Source: an uncultured Chloroflexia bacterium (lineage in GTDB: Bacteria > Chloroflexota > Anaerolineae > CG2-30-64-16). Taken from it: a DNA stretch of 64,000 nt. A model generated the notes under the pieces. The model was not told the DNA's origin and ran no database searches. It saw only the letters and a list, made by a program, of their open reading frames with translations. The position numbers and the translations under genes are program-made. Positions within the stretch are counted from its first letter, which is position 1. Every line of letters starts with the position of its first letter. Shown here in pieces: positions 1 through 11,107 of the stretch. The stretch covers positions 96,001 to 160,000 of the forward strand of contig CAVZDU010000001.1 in NCBI GenBank assembly GCA_963774265.1. Reading direction: 5' to 3'.

Positions 1-639
1 TGACGGTAAGCGATCCACGGCCGGATCATTCGTCAGTTGGACCCACTCAGACCCGGCGAGTGCTGCCCGGTAGATGTCCCAATTGCCGGCCCGGTTGCTG
101 CTGAAGGCAAGATGGTCGCCGTCCGGCGCCAACGCCGGATGCACCTCATCGGTGACCTTGGCGCCTGCGGCCAAACGCACGTTTCCCCCGTCGAGATCAA
201 CGAGGTAAATATCCCAATCGCCTGAACGATTTGACGCAAAGATCACTGACTCGCCGTTTGAGGTGAAGGTAGGGGTGTCCTCATCGTCATTCGGAGTCAT
301 CGTCAGATTAACGGCATCACCAGCTGATGTGCTGGCCAACCAGACTTCAGGATGAGCCGAGGCATCGACAAATACAACCCGTGTGTTATCCGGCGAGAGC
401 GCAGGCTGCCTGGCATCGCGCGGGCCATACGTGAGCTGCACCGTGGAGGTGAACTGGTACGAGTTGAGCACCAGTGGCAAACTAGCGGAGAAGTCCACAC
501 TGCCGGGCGCCGGCGAGTCGGGAATCTCCGACAACCAGGCGCGTGAGGCCCGGCTTCGCGGAGTTGCCCATAGCGCGAGCAACGCGAATGCAGCCACGGC
601 GAGGATGCCGCCCATCCGCATCGAACATCGTGCCGCCAT
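1..639 (-). CDS. Secreted TolB-like beta-propeller (PD40 repeat) protein, partial (runs off the left edge)
   Basis: Not in the ORF track. Hand translation from ATG at 639 gives MAARCSMRMGGILAVAAFALLALW...PALSPDNTRVVF...PTFTSNGESVIFASNRSGDWDIY...PALAPDGDHLAFSSNRAGNWDIY, with no stop before the edge. Confidence 0.85.
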   Translation of the reverse strand, partial: MAARCSMRMGGILAVAAFALLALWATPRSRASRAWLSEIPDSPAPGSVDFSASLPLVLNSYQFTSTVQLTYGPRDARQPALSPDNTRVVFVDASAHPEVWLASTSAGDAVNLTMTPNDDEDTPTFTSNGESVIFASNRSGDWDIYLVDLDGGNVRLAAGAKVTDEVHPALAPDGDHLAFSSNRAGNWDIYRAALAGSEWVQLTNDPAVDRLPS

Positions 640-651
640 GCTTCGATCACC

Positions 652-2532
652 TCACCGCAGCCGAAAAACATAGGATCCTGCGTCCGAGTACAGCTGCTCG
701 AACTCAGGAGAGGTCAGTAACGCCTGCACGTCGATATTACCGCCCTTGGCCCCCACGAACACATGCGTGATTCCGGCGGAACGCAGTGCTGCCACCGCAG
801 CCGGGGTGGTGAGCTGCCCATTCAACGAATCCAACGCGATGAGCTGGGGCAACAGATCGGGAGTCGCACCGCGTTCGATCGAAAATGTCATCGGCATCGT
901 GACGGTCTGCCTGTTTGCCAGGAGGGGCAACCAGTAGCCGGCATCAATCCCAATGATGAAGTCTCGCATGAAATCCCAGTGATAGGTGTTAACCATGAAC
1001 CGGGCGGATTCCGGCGTGTTCGCTCGAATCCATGCCGCTGCCGCGACATCACCCCCCTGTACGAATGTACCGTTCGGGTCCGCAATGGCGGCCGAGCGCG
1101 GCGCGCCAGTGAGTATCAGGGCGAGTAACGCCACGAGCGTCAGCACACGCAGGACACGTGACGCTCGACCGGCGCGGTCGAGCAGCCGTCCAGTCGCAGC
1201 CCCGATGACAAAGGCCACCGGGAGGAACAGCGATATGACCACCGACACGGTGTCCATGAACGTGCCGGCAAACAGCGGCAGAGATGCCGCAAGCATGAAC
1301 CCCGCCCAAGCGACGACGAGCAAACTCGGCCGATCGCGAAACAACAGGACCGCCACCAGCGCCAGTCCCAATAGCACCATCAACAGGGTGTTCGTCGGAT
1401 AGTTCAACACGACCGGACCGAACCGGTCGAGCGAAAAAAACGAGGGACCCGGATCGCTAACCGCCAGCGAGTAGCCTATATTGCGCTGACTGAGCACATG
1501 ACCAAGCCACGGCGCAACAAGGACGAAGGCCAATCCCGCGAGGGCAACCCCCCGCACGGCCAGCATTTTCCACATGCCCCATGGCGCCCGGCGCCACAGA
1601 AGCCCGACGCCAAAGATGATAACCACGCCACTTGCGGCCATCAGTGTGACCCGATAATGCGTGAGCGCGATCCCAGCCGCGACCAATCCGACAAACGGCA
1701 GGCGCTGCCATCTCCACCCCGTCGCCTCCCAGTCCCAGACCAGGGCCAACAACCCAGCCAACAGCACCGTACCGGTTAGCTGCGTGTACCGCCCATAGTT
1801 GATCAGATAGGCTGGAAAAACCGCAACACTCCCTACCAGCACTGCGCTGACAGCGGCTGCCAGGCGGTTACGCGTGACTATCTCCGTGAAGGCCGCCACG
1901 GCGAGTGCCGCCAGACCAATCAGCAATTGCGCCACGAGCGGCACGACAATGTGGACCGGCACGCGAGCGATCTCAGCAATTGCGGCGGCCACCGAATGAA
2001 AGCCGTAGTGATAGGTGAAGCTCAAGAGGGGCGCATAGGGCAGGTAGTTACGCGGAAGTTGGCCGCGTTCAACGATCAATTGCGTGATGAGAGTATGATG
2101 GTAACTGTCGCTGCCCGGGCCAACCACCACGCTCCTGAGCGCATAGACGGCTGCCCCCGCCCCAACGACCACGGCCAACCAGAGGATGACACGCTCGGGC
2201 GCAGGGAGCGAAGGCGCCAGGCGGAGGCGAGGCCGCAAATGAATCGCTGCAATTAACCATCCGATGGCAAGGCACACGACGAGCGCCGGTCTGGACAGCG
2301 AAATATCGAACAACTGGAGCCATGCCATGAAAACCGGCCAGGCAGCGACGGCGAACAAGATGGCGAAAGTTGCCTGCCAGGTTGTGGCAAGTTTTTGATG
2401 GTTTGTGTAGAAAGAGAGCAACGCCATACCGGGGCCAACAAACAGCACCAACGCAGCGACAAGCCGGAGCCAATCGCTGATCGAAAGCGAGGTCAGCATG
2501 GGCGGCCGGGGGTGATTGCCGTCACGGCGCAT
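652..2532 (-). CDS. Polytopic membrane protein, GT-C-like glycosyltransferase (DUF6541-like)
   Basis: 626 aa with many TM helices; GSDSYHH loop, YHYGFH motif and C-terminal [10 protein letters not shown] domain; overlaps the upstream GT2 gene. Confidence 0.6.
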   Translation of the reverse strand: MRRDGNHPRPPMLTSLSISDWLRLVAALVLFVGPGMALLSFYTNHQKLATTWQATFAILFAVAAWPVFMAWLQLFDISLSRPALVVCLAIGWLIAAIHLRPRLRLAPSLPAPERVILWLAVVVGAGAAVYALRSVVVGPGSDSYHHTLITQLIVERGQLPRNYLPYAPLLSFTYHYGFHSVAAAIAEIARVPVHIVVPLVAQLLIGLAALAVAAFTEIVTRNRLAAAVSAVLVGSVAVFPAYLINYGRYTQLTGTVLLAGLLALVWDWEATGWRWQRLPFVGLVAAGIALTHYRVTLMAASGVVIIFGVGLLWRRAPWGMWKMLAVRGVALAGLAFVLVAPWLGHVLSQRNIGYSLAVSDPGPSFFSLDRFGPVVLNYPTNTLLMVLLGLALVAVLLFRDRPSLLVVAWAGFMLAASLPLFAGTFMDTVSVVISLFLPVAFVIGAATGRLLDRAGRASRVLRVLTLVALLALILTGAPRSAAIADPNGTFVQGGDVAAAAWIRANTPESARFMVNTYHWDFMRDFIIGIDAGYWLPLLANRQTVTMPMTFSIERGATPDLLPQLIALDSLNGQLTTPAAVAALRSAGITHVFVGAKGGNIDVQALLTSPEFEQLYSDAGSYVFRLR

Positions 2533-3481
2533 CCTCGCGTCGAGCGTCGAGTTCTTGTCTCCGCGTGCGGTATAGCATCTCCTCTAACATTCTTCGATTC
2601 ATGCTCACCGAATCCGCGATCAACCCGATCAGCCCGACCTGAAAGCCAATAATGCTGAGAATCGCGGCGAGGATCAGCGACTGCACGTGCCCCGCACCGT
2701 TCCCCTGGACGTAGAAGACAAGAAAGCGCACTCCAAGAGCGAGCGCAAATGCCATCAATATACCGCCGGCCATCATGAACACGCGCAGCGGCCGGTAGGT
2801 GGTGTAGAAGCGAAGGATCGTGGCCGCCGACAATATCAGGAAGGAGGGTACGCTGCGTATGAGGCGCGACTTGCGTGTTTGAATATTGGTGCGGATGGGC
2901 ACGTACACTACCTTCATCCTGCGCGCACCGGCTTGGATCAAGGTTTCCAGCGTATAGGTGTACTCGCTCAGGACGGTCAGTCGCAGAGCCGCCTCACGAC
3001 TGAAAGCGCGAAATCCGCTGGTGGCGTCAGGGATGGGCATCCCCGCCGCCCGCTCCACCACCCAACTCCCGAGCCGCTGCAGGACACGTTTCAGTGGTGA
3101 AAACTCGGCGTGCGCCGCCACACCGCGATCGCCCACGACAATATCGGCCTGTCCCGTCAGGATCGGCTCAATTAGCTTCCCGACGTCCGCACCCGCGTAC
3201 TGATTGTCACCGTCCGTATTGACAATGATGTCTGCCCCGGCCGTTAAAGCGGCCTCCATTCCGGTTTGAAACGCGGCTGCCAACCCGCGATTGTGCCGAT
3301 GGCGGATAACGTGGTGAATACCCAACGCCTGAGCCACCTCGACCGTGCGGTCGCGGCTGCCGTCGTCGACAATGAGATACTCAATCGCATCAATGCCGGG
3401 CAACGTGCTTGGCAAATCGGCCACAGTAAGCGGCAGTGTCTTTTCTTCGTTATAACAGGGGATCTGGATGATGAGCTTCAC
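2522..3481 (-). CDS. Glycosyltransferase family 2 (polyprenol-phosphate sugar synthase-like)
   Basis: [30 protein letters not shown] motifs and two C-terminal TM helices. Confidence 0.9.
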   Translation of the reverse strand: MKLIIQIPCYNEEKTLPLTVADLPSTLPGIDAIEYLIVDDGSRDRTVEVAQALGIHHVIRHRHNRGLAAAFQTGMEAALTAGADIIVNTDGDNQYAGADVGKLIEPILTGQADIVVGDRGVAAHAEFSPLKRVLQRLGSWVVERAAGMPIPDATSGFRAFSREAALRLTVLSEYTYTLETLIQAGARRMKVVYVPIRTNIQTRKSRLIRSVPSFLILSAATILRFYTTYRPLRVFMMAGGILMAFALALGVRFLVFYVQGNGAGHVQSLILAAILSIIGFQVGLIGLIADSVSMNRRMLEEMLYRTRRQELDARREDAP

Positions 3482-3558
3482 AATTGTGTCCCGCGGGTAC
3501 GCATGGATAGATGCCGCCAGTTAGGGGAGAATTATAACACGGTCCGCGCAACACAACA

Positions 3559-3601
3559 GAAACCCGGTTTCCGCTGATGCCTTGGGCGGAAACCGGGTTT
3601 C
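3559..3601 (-). terminator. Intrinsic terminator after clpC
   Basis: Perfect 16-bp inverted repeat GAAACCCGGTTTCCGC / GCGGAAACCGGGTTTC. Confidence 0.8.
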
Positions 3602-3609
3602 CAGGGGAT

Positions 3610-6129
3610 CTAGCCGTTCGTCTCCTGCCCGTTAAGCATTCGGCTCATCGGCAGTTCGATTGCGATCGGTTCGGGCGGATGATTCGCAAACGTCAATTGC
3701 GTCTGTCCCCCCTCGTCCTCTCCGACATCAACGATCACCGTGTCGCCGTCTTTGAACTCGCCGGCCAACAGTCGTTTGGCCAGCGGATTCTCCACATGCC
3801 GCTCCAACGTCCGGCGGACTGGCCGCGCCCCAAACTGCGGATCGTAACCCTCCTGCGCTAACCAGTCACGCGCCGCCTCGGTCAGTTCGATCTTAAGCCC
3901 CTGCTCCGCCAGGCGTCCACTGATCTCAGCCATCTGTAGATCCACAATCGCTTTCACGTGCTCCTGCGTCAGGCTGTGGAAGATAATTACTTCGTCGATC
4001 CGGTTCAAGAACTCGGGCCGGAAAGTCTGCTTCAAGTCCCGCTCGATGTTCTCTCGCAGTTGGCGCTCCTGTGAACTGACGCCATTCTCTTTGAGAAACC
4101 CCAACGTACCGCCTGATCGTACGAACGCGGTGCCGATGTTCGAAGTCATGATGATGACCGTATTGCGAAAGTCGACGACATGGCCCTGCCCGTCAGTCAG
4201 CCGGCCATCTTCCAGGATCTGCAGCAGGGAGTTCCAGACCTCCGGGTGGGCCTTCTCGATCTCATCGAAGAGGATCACCCGATAGGGCCGCCGCCTCACC
4301 GCTTCCGTCAATTGCCCGCCCTCATCGTATCCGACATAACCCGGGGGTGCACCGAACAGACGGCTGATCGTGTGTCGTTCCTGGTACTCGCTCATGTCGA
4401 TGCGCACCAGCGCTTCTTCATCGTCGAACAGAAACTCGGCCAACGCCTTCGCTAACTCGGTCTTGCCCACGCCGCTCGACCCCAGGAAGATGAAGCTGCC
4501 GATGGGCCGCCGCGGATTCTTCAGCCCACTGCGAGTGCGCCGCAGGGCATCAGACACCGCGCAAATCGCCTCATCCTGGCCCACCACGCGCCTGTGAAGC
4601 TCATCTTCCATGCGCAGCAGTTTAGCCGACTCTCCCTCCAACATCGTGTTGATCGGGATGCCCGTCCAGCGGGCAACCACCTGAGCGATATCCGAGGCAT
4701 CGACCACCTCGTCCAGCCCGCTCGACTGCTGCCAGGTCGCATAATCGACCTCGTACTGTGCAGCCAACTTCAACCGGTCACTCTTCAGCTCAGCAGCTTG
4801 TGCAAAGTCATTCCCGGCATAAGACGCGTCCTCTTGCGCCTTCATCTCAGCCAGTTTCTTCTTGATGGTCTTCAACGGCAGCGGCATCGTGAAAAGCGAC
4901 ACCCGCAGCCCTGCGCCGGCCTCGTCGATCAGGTCGATCGCCTTGTCAGGCAGCCGGCGATCGGTGACGTAACGGTGGGACAACCTGGTGGCAGCCACCA
5001 GCGCCTCGTCTGTAAACGTCACCTGGTGGTGCTTTTCATACCGGTCGCGCACGCCGCGCAGGATCTCGATCGCATCCTCGACCGAAGGCTCGTCCACATA
5101 GATCGGTGCGAAGCGGCGCTCCAGCGCACTGTCTTTCTCGATGTGCTGGCGGTATTCGTCCAGCGTCGTCGCGCCGATGCAGCGCAGCTCGCCGCGCGCC
5201 AGCGCCGGCTTCAGCATGTTGCTCGCGTCCACCGCCCCTTGCGCTGCGCCCGCGCCGACCACCGTGTGCAGCTCATCAATGAAGAGGATCACCTCGCCTT
5301 CGGCCTTCTGCACCTCTTCGATCGTCGTCTTCAGGCGCTCCTCGAACTCGCCACGGAACCGGGTGCCCGCGATCATGGCGCCCAGGTCAAGGCTCATCAA
5401 CCGCTTGCCGACCAGGCTCTCGGGCACATCCTCAGCCACGATCTTCTGGGCCAATCCTTCGACGATGGCCGTCTTGCCGACACCCGCTTCACCGATCAGG
5501 ACCGGGTTGTTCTTTGTGCGCCGGCTGAGCACCTGGATCACACGCAGGATTTCTGCATCACGGCCGATCACCGGATCGAGCTTACCCTCGCGCGCCGATG
5601 CGGTGAGGTCACGAGCGTATTTCTCCAGGGTGCGATAACGGCTCTCGGCCTGCGGCGTGCTGGCCTTCTGACCACCGCGGCCCTCCTCGATAGCTTTCAG
5701 CACCATCTCCCGGGTCACATGTGCCTCGCGCAGCAGGCCGGCGGAGAAGCCACCGCGCTCGCTGAGAGTGCCCAGCAACAAATGCTCGGTGGAAATGTAC
5801 TCATCCTTCAGGGCTTGTGCTTCTTCAGTCGCCTGATCGATCACTCGTTTCAGCCGGGGCGTGATAAAAACCTGGGCAACGGCCTGAGGGAACATCGCCG
5901 GTCCGCCGGCGCGCGGCGTACGCTGCAGATTATCAGTCAGCCGTTCCTTCATAATGTCGAGGGGCGCACCCATCCGCGCGAGCATCTCCGCCACGACCCC
6001 CTTGGGCTGCTCCAGCAGCGCCAGGAACAGGTGCTCGACATCGACCTGGCTGTGACCGTAACGCTGCATAATCTCATAAGCGCGCATTGCAGCATCCTGT
6101 GCACGCTCGGTAAATCGGTCAAATCGCAT
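3610..6129 (-). CDS. clpC: ATP-dependent Clp protease ATP-binding subunit, ClpC-type
   Basis: Clp N-domain, two AAA+ modules ([16 protein letters not shown]), short UVR-like middle domain and LGF ClpP-docking loop; start chosen at MRFDRFT after a GAGG RBS. Confidence 0.88.
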   Translation of the reverse strand: MRFDRFTERAQDAAMRAYEIMQRYGHSQVDVEHLFLALLEQPKGVVAEMLARMGAPLDIMKERLTDNLQRTPRAGGPAMFPQAVAQVFITPRLKRVIDQATEEAQALKDEYISTEHLLLGTLSERGGFSAGLLREAHVTREMVLKAIEEGRGGQKASTPQAESRYRTLEKYARDLTASAREGKLDPVIGRDAEILRVIQVLSRRTKNNPVLIGEAGVGKTAIVEGLAQKIVAEDVPESLVGKRLMSLDLGAMIAGTRFRGEFEERLKTTIEEVQKAEGEVILFIDELHTVVGAGAAQGAVDASNMLKPALARGELRCIGATTLDEYRQHIEKDSALERRFAPIYVDEPSVEDAIEILRGVRDRYEKHHQVTFTDEALVAATRLSHRYVTDRRLPDKAIDLIDEAGAGLRVSLFTMPLPLKTIKKKLAEMKAQEDASYAGNDFAQAAELKSDRLKLAAQYEVDYATWQQSSGLDEVVDASDIAQVVARWTGIPINTMLEGESAKLLRMEDELHRRVVGQDEAICAVSDALRRTRSGLKNPRRPIGSFIFLGSSGVGKTELAKALAEFLFDDEEALVRIDMSEYQERHTISRLFGAPPGYVGYDEGGQLTEAVRRRPYRVILFDEIEKAHPEVWNSLLQILEDGRLTDGQGHVVDFRNTVIIMTSNIGTAFVRSGGTLGFLKENGVSSQERQLRENIERDLKQTFRPEFLNRIDEVIIFHSLTQEHVKAIVDLQMAEISGRLAEQGLKIELTEAARDWLAQEGYDPQFGARPVRRTLERHVENPLAKRLLAGEFKDGDTVIVDVGEDEGGQTQLTFANHPPEPIAIELPMSRMLNGQETNG

Positions 6130-6353
6130 TTGCATCCTCGAAAGAAAGTGCAAGCCAAACCTTGCAGAAAACACAACCCGCAGTGCCCCCGGGCGCCATT
6201 AGCAGCGTCCGGGGGCACACTACGGGTTGTAAGATGCTCCTATTGCTGCCAGTCGTGGTGCCACTCGTGGCTTTCAAGCTGACACTAACACGCAAGTGTT
6301 AACAGAAGCGTATGAGCGGCTCCACATCCGGCATATCTAATAAAACGCTAACG

Positions 6354-7445
6354 TCAGTAGCGCAACACCGCCGCGATCTGACCTACCTGTGCCAGTTGTG
6401 CGTTCGATTCCATCGCTGAAACCTTGATCCCCGCGTCCATGGCGCGATGGATCGCCAGATTAACGACATCGTTTGATGTGACCAGGTTGCCGTTGCAGTA
6501 AGGGCAGGCGGGCAGATCATCGATCACAATCGCATGGCAATGGGTGCACTGGCGTCCCGCATGGTGAAATGTCGGATCGACCAACAGTTGGTGGACGCGA
6601 CCTTGCTGCAACGCCATCAGTGTTTTGGCAAGACCGGTCGCGCCCGCCCCGCCCTTGTGCTCCGACGTGATCACCTGCCCCAAGAGGTCAGACTCCTGCT
6701 GCTTTTGCGCGAGTTGCGCCACTTCATATGCGCGCTCCCACGCATCGGCCGGAGATGCACTCATGTCGAGATTGATCTGACCGACGACTTTGTCGGCCAG
6801 GGATCGCGGCATCTGTCCCTTTATCTCGGCCAGGTTTTCATCTGTGCCGGAGAGAACCACGCGTGACACCTTGTGCTGAGTCAGGTATTCAGCCGCCCAC
6901 TCAGCAGCATCCCGCAGGTTATGCCGCGCTTCCTGATCCTCATATCGTTGGAGCTTCTGAGCGGCCCAGCCACCTTGCTTGTGCCGCTTGACCTCGGCCC
7001 CCAATGTGCCGGCCGTGTCTGACAATGCACCCATCCGGTAGGTCATGGCCCGTGCGCCTTCGCGGTCCACCATGATCACGGCGAAGGATTCGTAGTTATC
7101 CCACAAATCGCTGAGAGGCTTTACATAGGGCCGGCGGCCCACGAAGACCGCATTCTGCACGGAAACCAGGAGAGGATAGCTGCGCCAGAACTTGCGCGCC
7201 TGGCAACCAAAGCAGACCACAGAACGCGCCTGCCGATCAAATTCATGCTCGAAGAAGCGCTCAACGCGCTCAACATCACCGGGGGCGGCTCCCTGTTCGA
7301 CCGCTTGGGCTAGCAACTGCCGCAGCGCCAGCTTATGATCGTCGGTCGATCGACTATGCCGGTCCAGGTGCAGGTAGAGACTCAAGACCGGCGCATCTTC
7401 GCTTACCAATTCGGCCAGTTCCTGGAGGTCCTGTTCTTGCATCAT
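6354..7445 (-). CDS. Bacterial archaeo-eukaryotic release factor-like protein (baeRF, aeRF1/Vms1-like) with zinc ribbon
   Basis: PVLSLYL N-terminus, KRHKQGGWAAQKLQR loop, CTHC...CPYC insert, IAAVLRY C-terminus. Confidence 0.8.
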   Translation of the reverse strand: MMQEQDLQELAELVSEDAPVLSLYLHLDRHSRSTDDHKLALRQLLAQAVEQGAAPGDVERVERFFEHEFDRQARSVVCFGCQARKFWRSYPLLVSVQNAVFVGRRPYVKPLSDLWDNYESFAVIMVDREGARAMTYRMGALSDTAGTLGAEVKRHKQGGWAAQKLQRYEDQEARHNLRDAAEWAAEYLTQHKVSRVVLSGTDENLAEIKGQMPRSLADKVVGQINLDMSASPADAWERAYEVAQLAQKQQESDLLGQVITSEHKGGAGATGLAKTLMALQQGRVHQLLVDPTFHHAGRQCTHCHAIVIDDLPACPYCNGNLVTSNDVVNLAIHRAMDAGIKVSAMESNAQLAQVGQIAAVLRY

Positions 7446-7520
7446 TGTTCACGCTCCTATGCGCGCAGTAGTCGACACCGGCACTGGCATGCCGGAAATT
7501 GACTCGCTACGCGACGCTGC

Positions 7521-8501
7521 TTAGTTGGGGGATGCGCCGCGCAGTCTGGCCCACTCGCGTACGAGCTCCTCCTCACGCTCGTTAAGCTTCTCGGGGAGCA
7601 TCACGCGCACCCTCGCGTATAAATCTCCCCGTTCATTGCCCCGCAGCTTGGGCATCCCTTGGCCCGCCAGCCGGATTGTGCGGCCGGTTTGCGTGCCGGG
7701 TTTGATTTTCAAAGCGACCGCACCTGTGAAGGTGGGGACACGCACTTCGCCACCCAGCAATGCCTGGAACAAGTCTACGGCGATTTCGGTATACAAATCA
7801 TCTCCGCGGCGCTCGAAGTTTGCGTCCGGCAACACCTTGACAACCAGATAGATGTCGCCGCGCTGACCGCCGGCCATGCCGCCCGGTCCCTCACCTGCCA
7901 TCCGGATGCGCGAGCCGGTCTTCACGCCCGCAGGAATCTTAACTTCCAGGCGGCGGCCGTCCACGTCGAGCAGCCGTTGGGTGCCGCGAAACGCCTCCTC
8001 CAGTGTGACTTCGATCTCGTGCTCGTAATCTTGGGGTGGGGTGGCTTGAGCCGTGCGGCGCGCACCCGTTCGACGACCGGTTGCCGCGCCCGCCGTGCCT
8101 GTTGGCATGCCGCCGAAGATGGCCTGAAAAAAGTCGGAGAAGCCCTGCTCGCCGCCAAACAAGTCGTTGATGTTGCCGTACTCGACGCGCACATTACCTC
8201 GTGCGCCACCCGGCGCGCCACCCGCAGAGTACTGGCCCCAATCGAACCCGCCGCCTTGCCCACCGGTTTGCTGCCAGCGCTGGTAGTTCTGCCCCAGCTC
8301 GTCATACTTGCGGCGTTTTTCTGCATCGCTCAGCACTTCGTGAGCTTCGTTGATCTCTTTGAAGCGCGCTTCGGCGGCCTTATCGTCAGGATTCATGTCA
8401 GGATGATATTGGCGCGCCAGCCGCCGATAGGCTTTCTTGATTTCTTTCTCGTCCGCGTTCTTCTCAACACCCAGAGTCTTGTAGTAGTCCTTATACTCCA
8501 T
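7521..8501 (-). CDS. cbpA: DnaJ-class chaperone without zinc finger (CbpA-like)
   Basis: MEYKDYY start, HPD motif, G/F-rich region, DnaJ_C domain, no CxxCxGxG repeats. Confidence 0.85.
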   Translation of the reverse strand: MEYKDYYKTLGVEKNADEKEIKKAYRRLARQYHPDMNPDDKAAEARFKEINEAHEVLSDAEKRRKYDELGQNYQRWQQTGGQGGGFDWGQYSAGGAPGGARGNVRVEYGNINDLFGGEQGFSDFFQAIFGGMPTGTAGAATGRRTGARRTAQATPPQDYEHEIEVTLEEAFRGTQRLLDVDGRRLEVKIPAGVKTGSRIRMAGEGPGGMAGGQRGDIYLVVKVLPDANFERRGDDLYTEIAVDLFQALLGGEVRVPTFTGAVALKIKPGTQTGRTIRLAGQGMPKLRGNERGDLYARVRVMLPEKLNEREEELVREWARLRGASPN

Positions 8502-8547
8502 CCCTGACTCCCCGTTAGCCCCGGCGGCGAAGGGTGACAGCAAAACC

Positions 8548-8576
8548 AGTATAGCCCCGCGGCTGGGGGCTGTCAA
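8548..8576 (-). promoter_or_regulatory. Sigma70-type promoter of cbpA-baeRF(-clpC)
   Basis: TTGACA-17 bp-TATACT on the minus strand. Confidence 0.75.
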
Positions 8577-8709
8577 GAGATTCTCGGCATTCGCCGACCC
8601 GGTTAGCTCAGACCCCTCAATACAAACCGGCCAAACCCTTGCCCCCAGTTATGACCGGAGTCAGGACTTTAGCCGGTTCATGTGACGTTACCGTAGACCT
8701 AAGAGTTGC

Positions 8710-9516
8710 TTATGGAATCACCAAAGTCTGCCCGGGGAAAATCCGGTCAGGATCCGTGATCTTGTTGGCCTCCGCAAGCTGCTTGACCGTCAACCCATAC
8801 TGTCGCGCGATGGAGAGCAACGTATCCCCACGTTGAATCACATACGTCTTGCCTTGGCCCGCACTTGGCTTCGCCGCTCCCGCCGCTTCGCTGCTGCCGC
8901 CCGGCAACTTGAGCACCTGACCAATTGCGATGTTGTCGGCGTCCGCCAGTTTATTCAGAGTTGCGAGCTCCTTGACCGTCGTTCCAAAACGCCGGGCAAC
9001 CGACCCCAGCGTGTCGCCCTGCTGCACAGTGTAGGTGGTCGAGCTGCCCGTTGTGGTTGTTCCGGATCCAGTCGTTGTCCCCGTGCCCGGAATAACCAAC
9101 ACCTGCCCAAGGATCAGCGCATTCGGGTCCGCGAGGCTGTTGAGTTGCGCGATCGCTTCGGTCGTAGTCCCAAAGCGACTAGCAATATCCAAAAGCGTGT
9201 CGCCGGCCGCCACCGTGTATTTGAATGTTTGGCCGCTGCCCGCTGCGGTCACCGCCGTTGGGTTGGCCGCCACCCCTGACTGAGAGGCAGGCGCACTTGG
9301 CGTCGATGCCGTACTTGCACCACTACCCCCCATCGTGGGCACTGCAACCTGAGTAGACGCCGGCACGACGGCAGTCGGTCCTGCCACAGTGGCACGCGCA
9401 GCCGGCGTACCTGTGCCGGTGGTCAACGCGGGCCTTTCCCTATTACAGGCCGTCATCGTCATGCTGAACAAGATCAACGTGCCAAGGACCAGCACTCGCT
9501 TCAGATGGTTATTCAT
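8710..9516 (-). CDS. Lipoprotein with three LysM domains
   Basis: Lipobox MTAC, T/A/P-rich linker, three YTV..GDTL..IA motifs, GGAGGAG RBS. Confidence 0.9.
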   Translation of the reverse strand: MNNHLKRVLVLGTLILFSMTMTACNRERPALTTGTGTPAARATVAGPTAVVPASTQVAVPTMGGSGASTASTPSAPASQSGVAANPTAVTAAGSGQTFKYTVAAGDTLLDIASRFGTTTEAIAQLNSLADPNALILGQVLVIPGTGTTTGSGTTTTGSSTTYTVQQGDTLGSVARRFGTTVKELATLNKLADADNIAIGQVLKLPGGSSEAAGAAKPSAGQGKTYVIQRGDTLLSIARQYGLTVKQLAEANKITDPDRIFPGQTLVIP

Positions 9517-9578
9517 GAGAACTCCTCCCCCGTGCCCCGGCGTAGAAAAATGCGGATTACACATGAACACTTGGCGCC

Positions 9579-9607
9579 AGCATACCATAGGCTATACCCA
9601 ACGTCAA
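9579..9607 (-). promoter_or_regulatory. Sigma70-type promoter of the LysM gene
   Basis: TTGACG-17 bp-TATGCT with extended TG. Confidence 0.6.
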
Positions 9608-9631
9608 TATCATTTTCTGGTTGAACTGCCA

Positions 9632-10817
9632 CTATAAGACGCCGAGCGCCTTCCCCACCTTGCCAAAAGCCTCCAGACCTTGCTCCAGATCATCGCGGCT
9701 ATGCGCGGCCGTGTTCATCACACGGATACGGGCTGCGCCGCGCGGCACCGTCGGGAAGCCGATGGGCATCGCAAAGACACCCGCACCGAATAGCTCGCGG
9801 CTGAATTGCTTGGCCAGGCCTGCATCGCCCAGCATCACCGGCACGATGGGCGTCTCGCTCCGCCCGGTGTCGAAGCCAAGCTTGCTTCATCTCGCCCTGG
9901 AAGGTCGCTGCGTTGTCCCACAACCGCTTAACCAGCTCCTCGGAATCTTCCAGCAGATCCACCGCGGCCAGGCACGCCGCGGTATCGGCCGGTGTGACTG
10001 CACTCGAGAACAGGAATGGTCGCGCCTTCTGCCGGATGTAGTCGATGATGGTCTTCTTGCCCGCGATGACGCCGCCCACCACGCCAAACGCCTTGCTGAG
10101 CGTGCCGATCTCCACGTCGAAGGCGCCGTGCAGGCCGAAATGATCCACGATGCCGCGACCGCCGCGACCCAGCACGCCCTCGCCGTGCGCATCGTCCACC
10201 ATGGTCAGCACACCGTAACGGTCGGCAACCTCGGTCAGCTTGTCCAGCGGTGCAATATCGCCGTCCATGCTGAACACGCCGTCGGTGATCATCAGGCCGC
10301 GGCGATAGTTAGGCAAGTGCTCCTTGATCTTTGCCTCAGCATCGACTGGGTCGCAGTGTTCGTAGACGATGATCTTGGCGCCGCTCAGCCGTGCGCCGTC
10401 GATGATGGAGGCGTGGTTCAGTCGGTCGGAGAAGATGACATCCTCCTTGCCCACCAGCGGCGCGATGGCCGCCTGGTTCGCGAGGAAACCGCTCTGAACG
10501 TAAAGCGCGTCCTCGACGCCCTTGAACTCGGCCAGCCGGCGCTCGAGTTCGAGGTGCAGTGCCTGCGTGCCCGCGATCGAGCGCACCGCGGCCGGCCCCA
10601 CGCCCCACCGGTCCACCGCCGCCTTGGCCGCCTCCTTCATAGCCGGGTGATTGGCCAGTCCCAGGTAGTTGTTGGTGCAAAAGTTCAGCACCCGCTTGCC
10701 GTCGACCACCATCCAAGCGTCCGCAGGGGAACCCATGATGCGGAAGTTGATGAGCAGATTGCTCTCGCGCAGGGCATCCATGTCCGCGCGGATGAAGTCG
10801 AGTTTGTCGTTGGACAT
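9632..10817 (-). CDS. kbl: Glycine C-acetyltransferase / 8-amino-7-oxononanoate synthase family (frameshift near 9880)
   Basis: [27 protein letters not shown] (PLP lysine); C-terminus [11 protein letters not shown] continues in ORF 9632..9844. Confidence 0.85.
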
Positions 10818-11042
10818 CAGTCACCTCATGGTGCGATTTCGTTCATGTAGATTCTTCGGCCACGACGCCTTGCTCTCCGAGGCTCATGGGCGGAAGCTAT
10901 TCAGCAGCCTCAATGGTGCGTGTTGCCCTTCAGGCACCAAAAACGCCAGACAAGCCGCTCCATGGCAGTTGTATTGTACTACAATCATGAGGCTGCATTC
11001 AAGGTGATTTGGAAGTGGTCGCCCCTCCGCCTGACACAAAAA

Positions 11043-11068
11043 TCGGGGGCCCCTCGCGGAGCCCCCGA
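11043..11068 (-). terminator. Intrinsic terminator after hppA
   Basis: TCGGGGGC...GCCCCCGA hairpin followed by a T-run on the minus strand. Confidence 0.65.
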
Positions 11069-11107
11069 CTCATTCAAAACCGTTCACGTCACCGTGTGAT
11101 CCGGCCG

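Noticed and set aside
4594-6282. Long antisense ORFs (also 59649..61094 and 62262..63968)
   Set aside because: Shadow frames of real GC-rich genes on the opposite strand.
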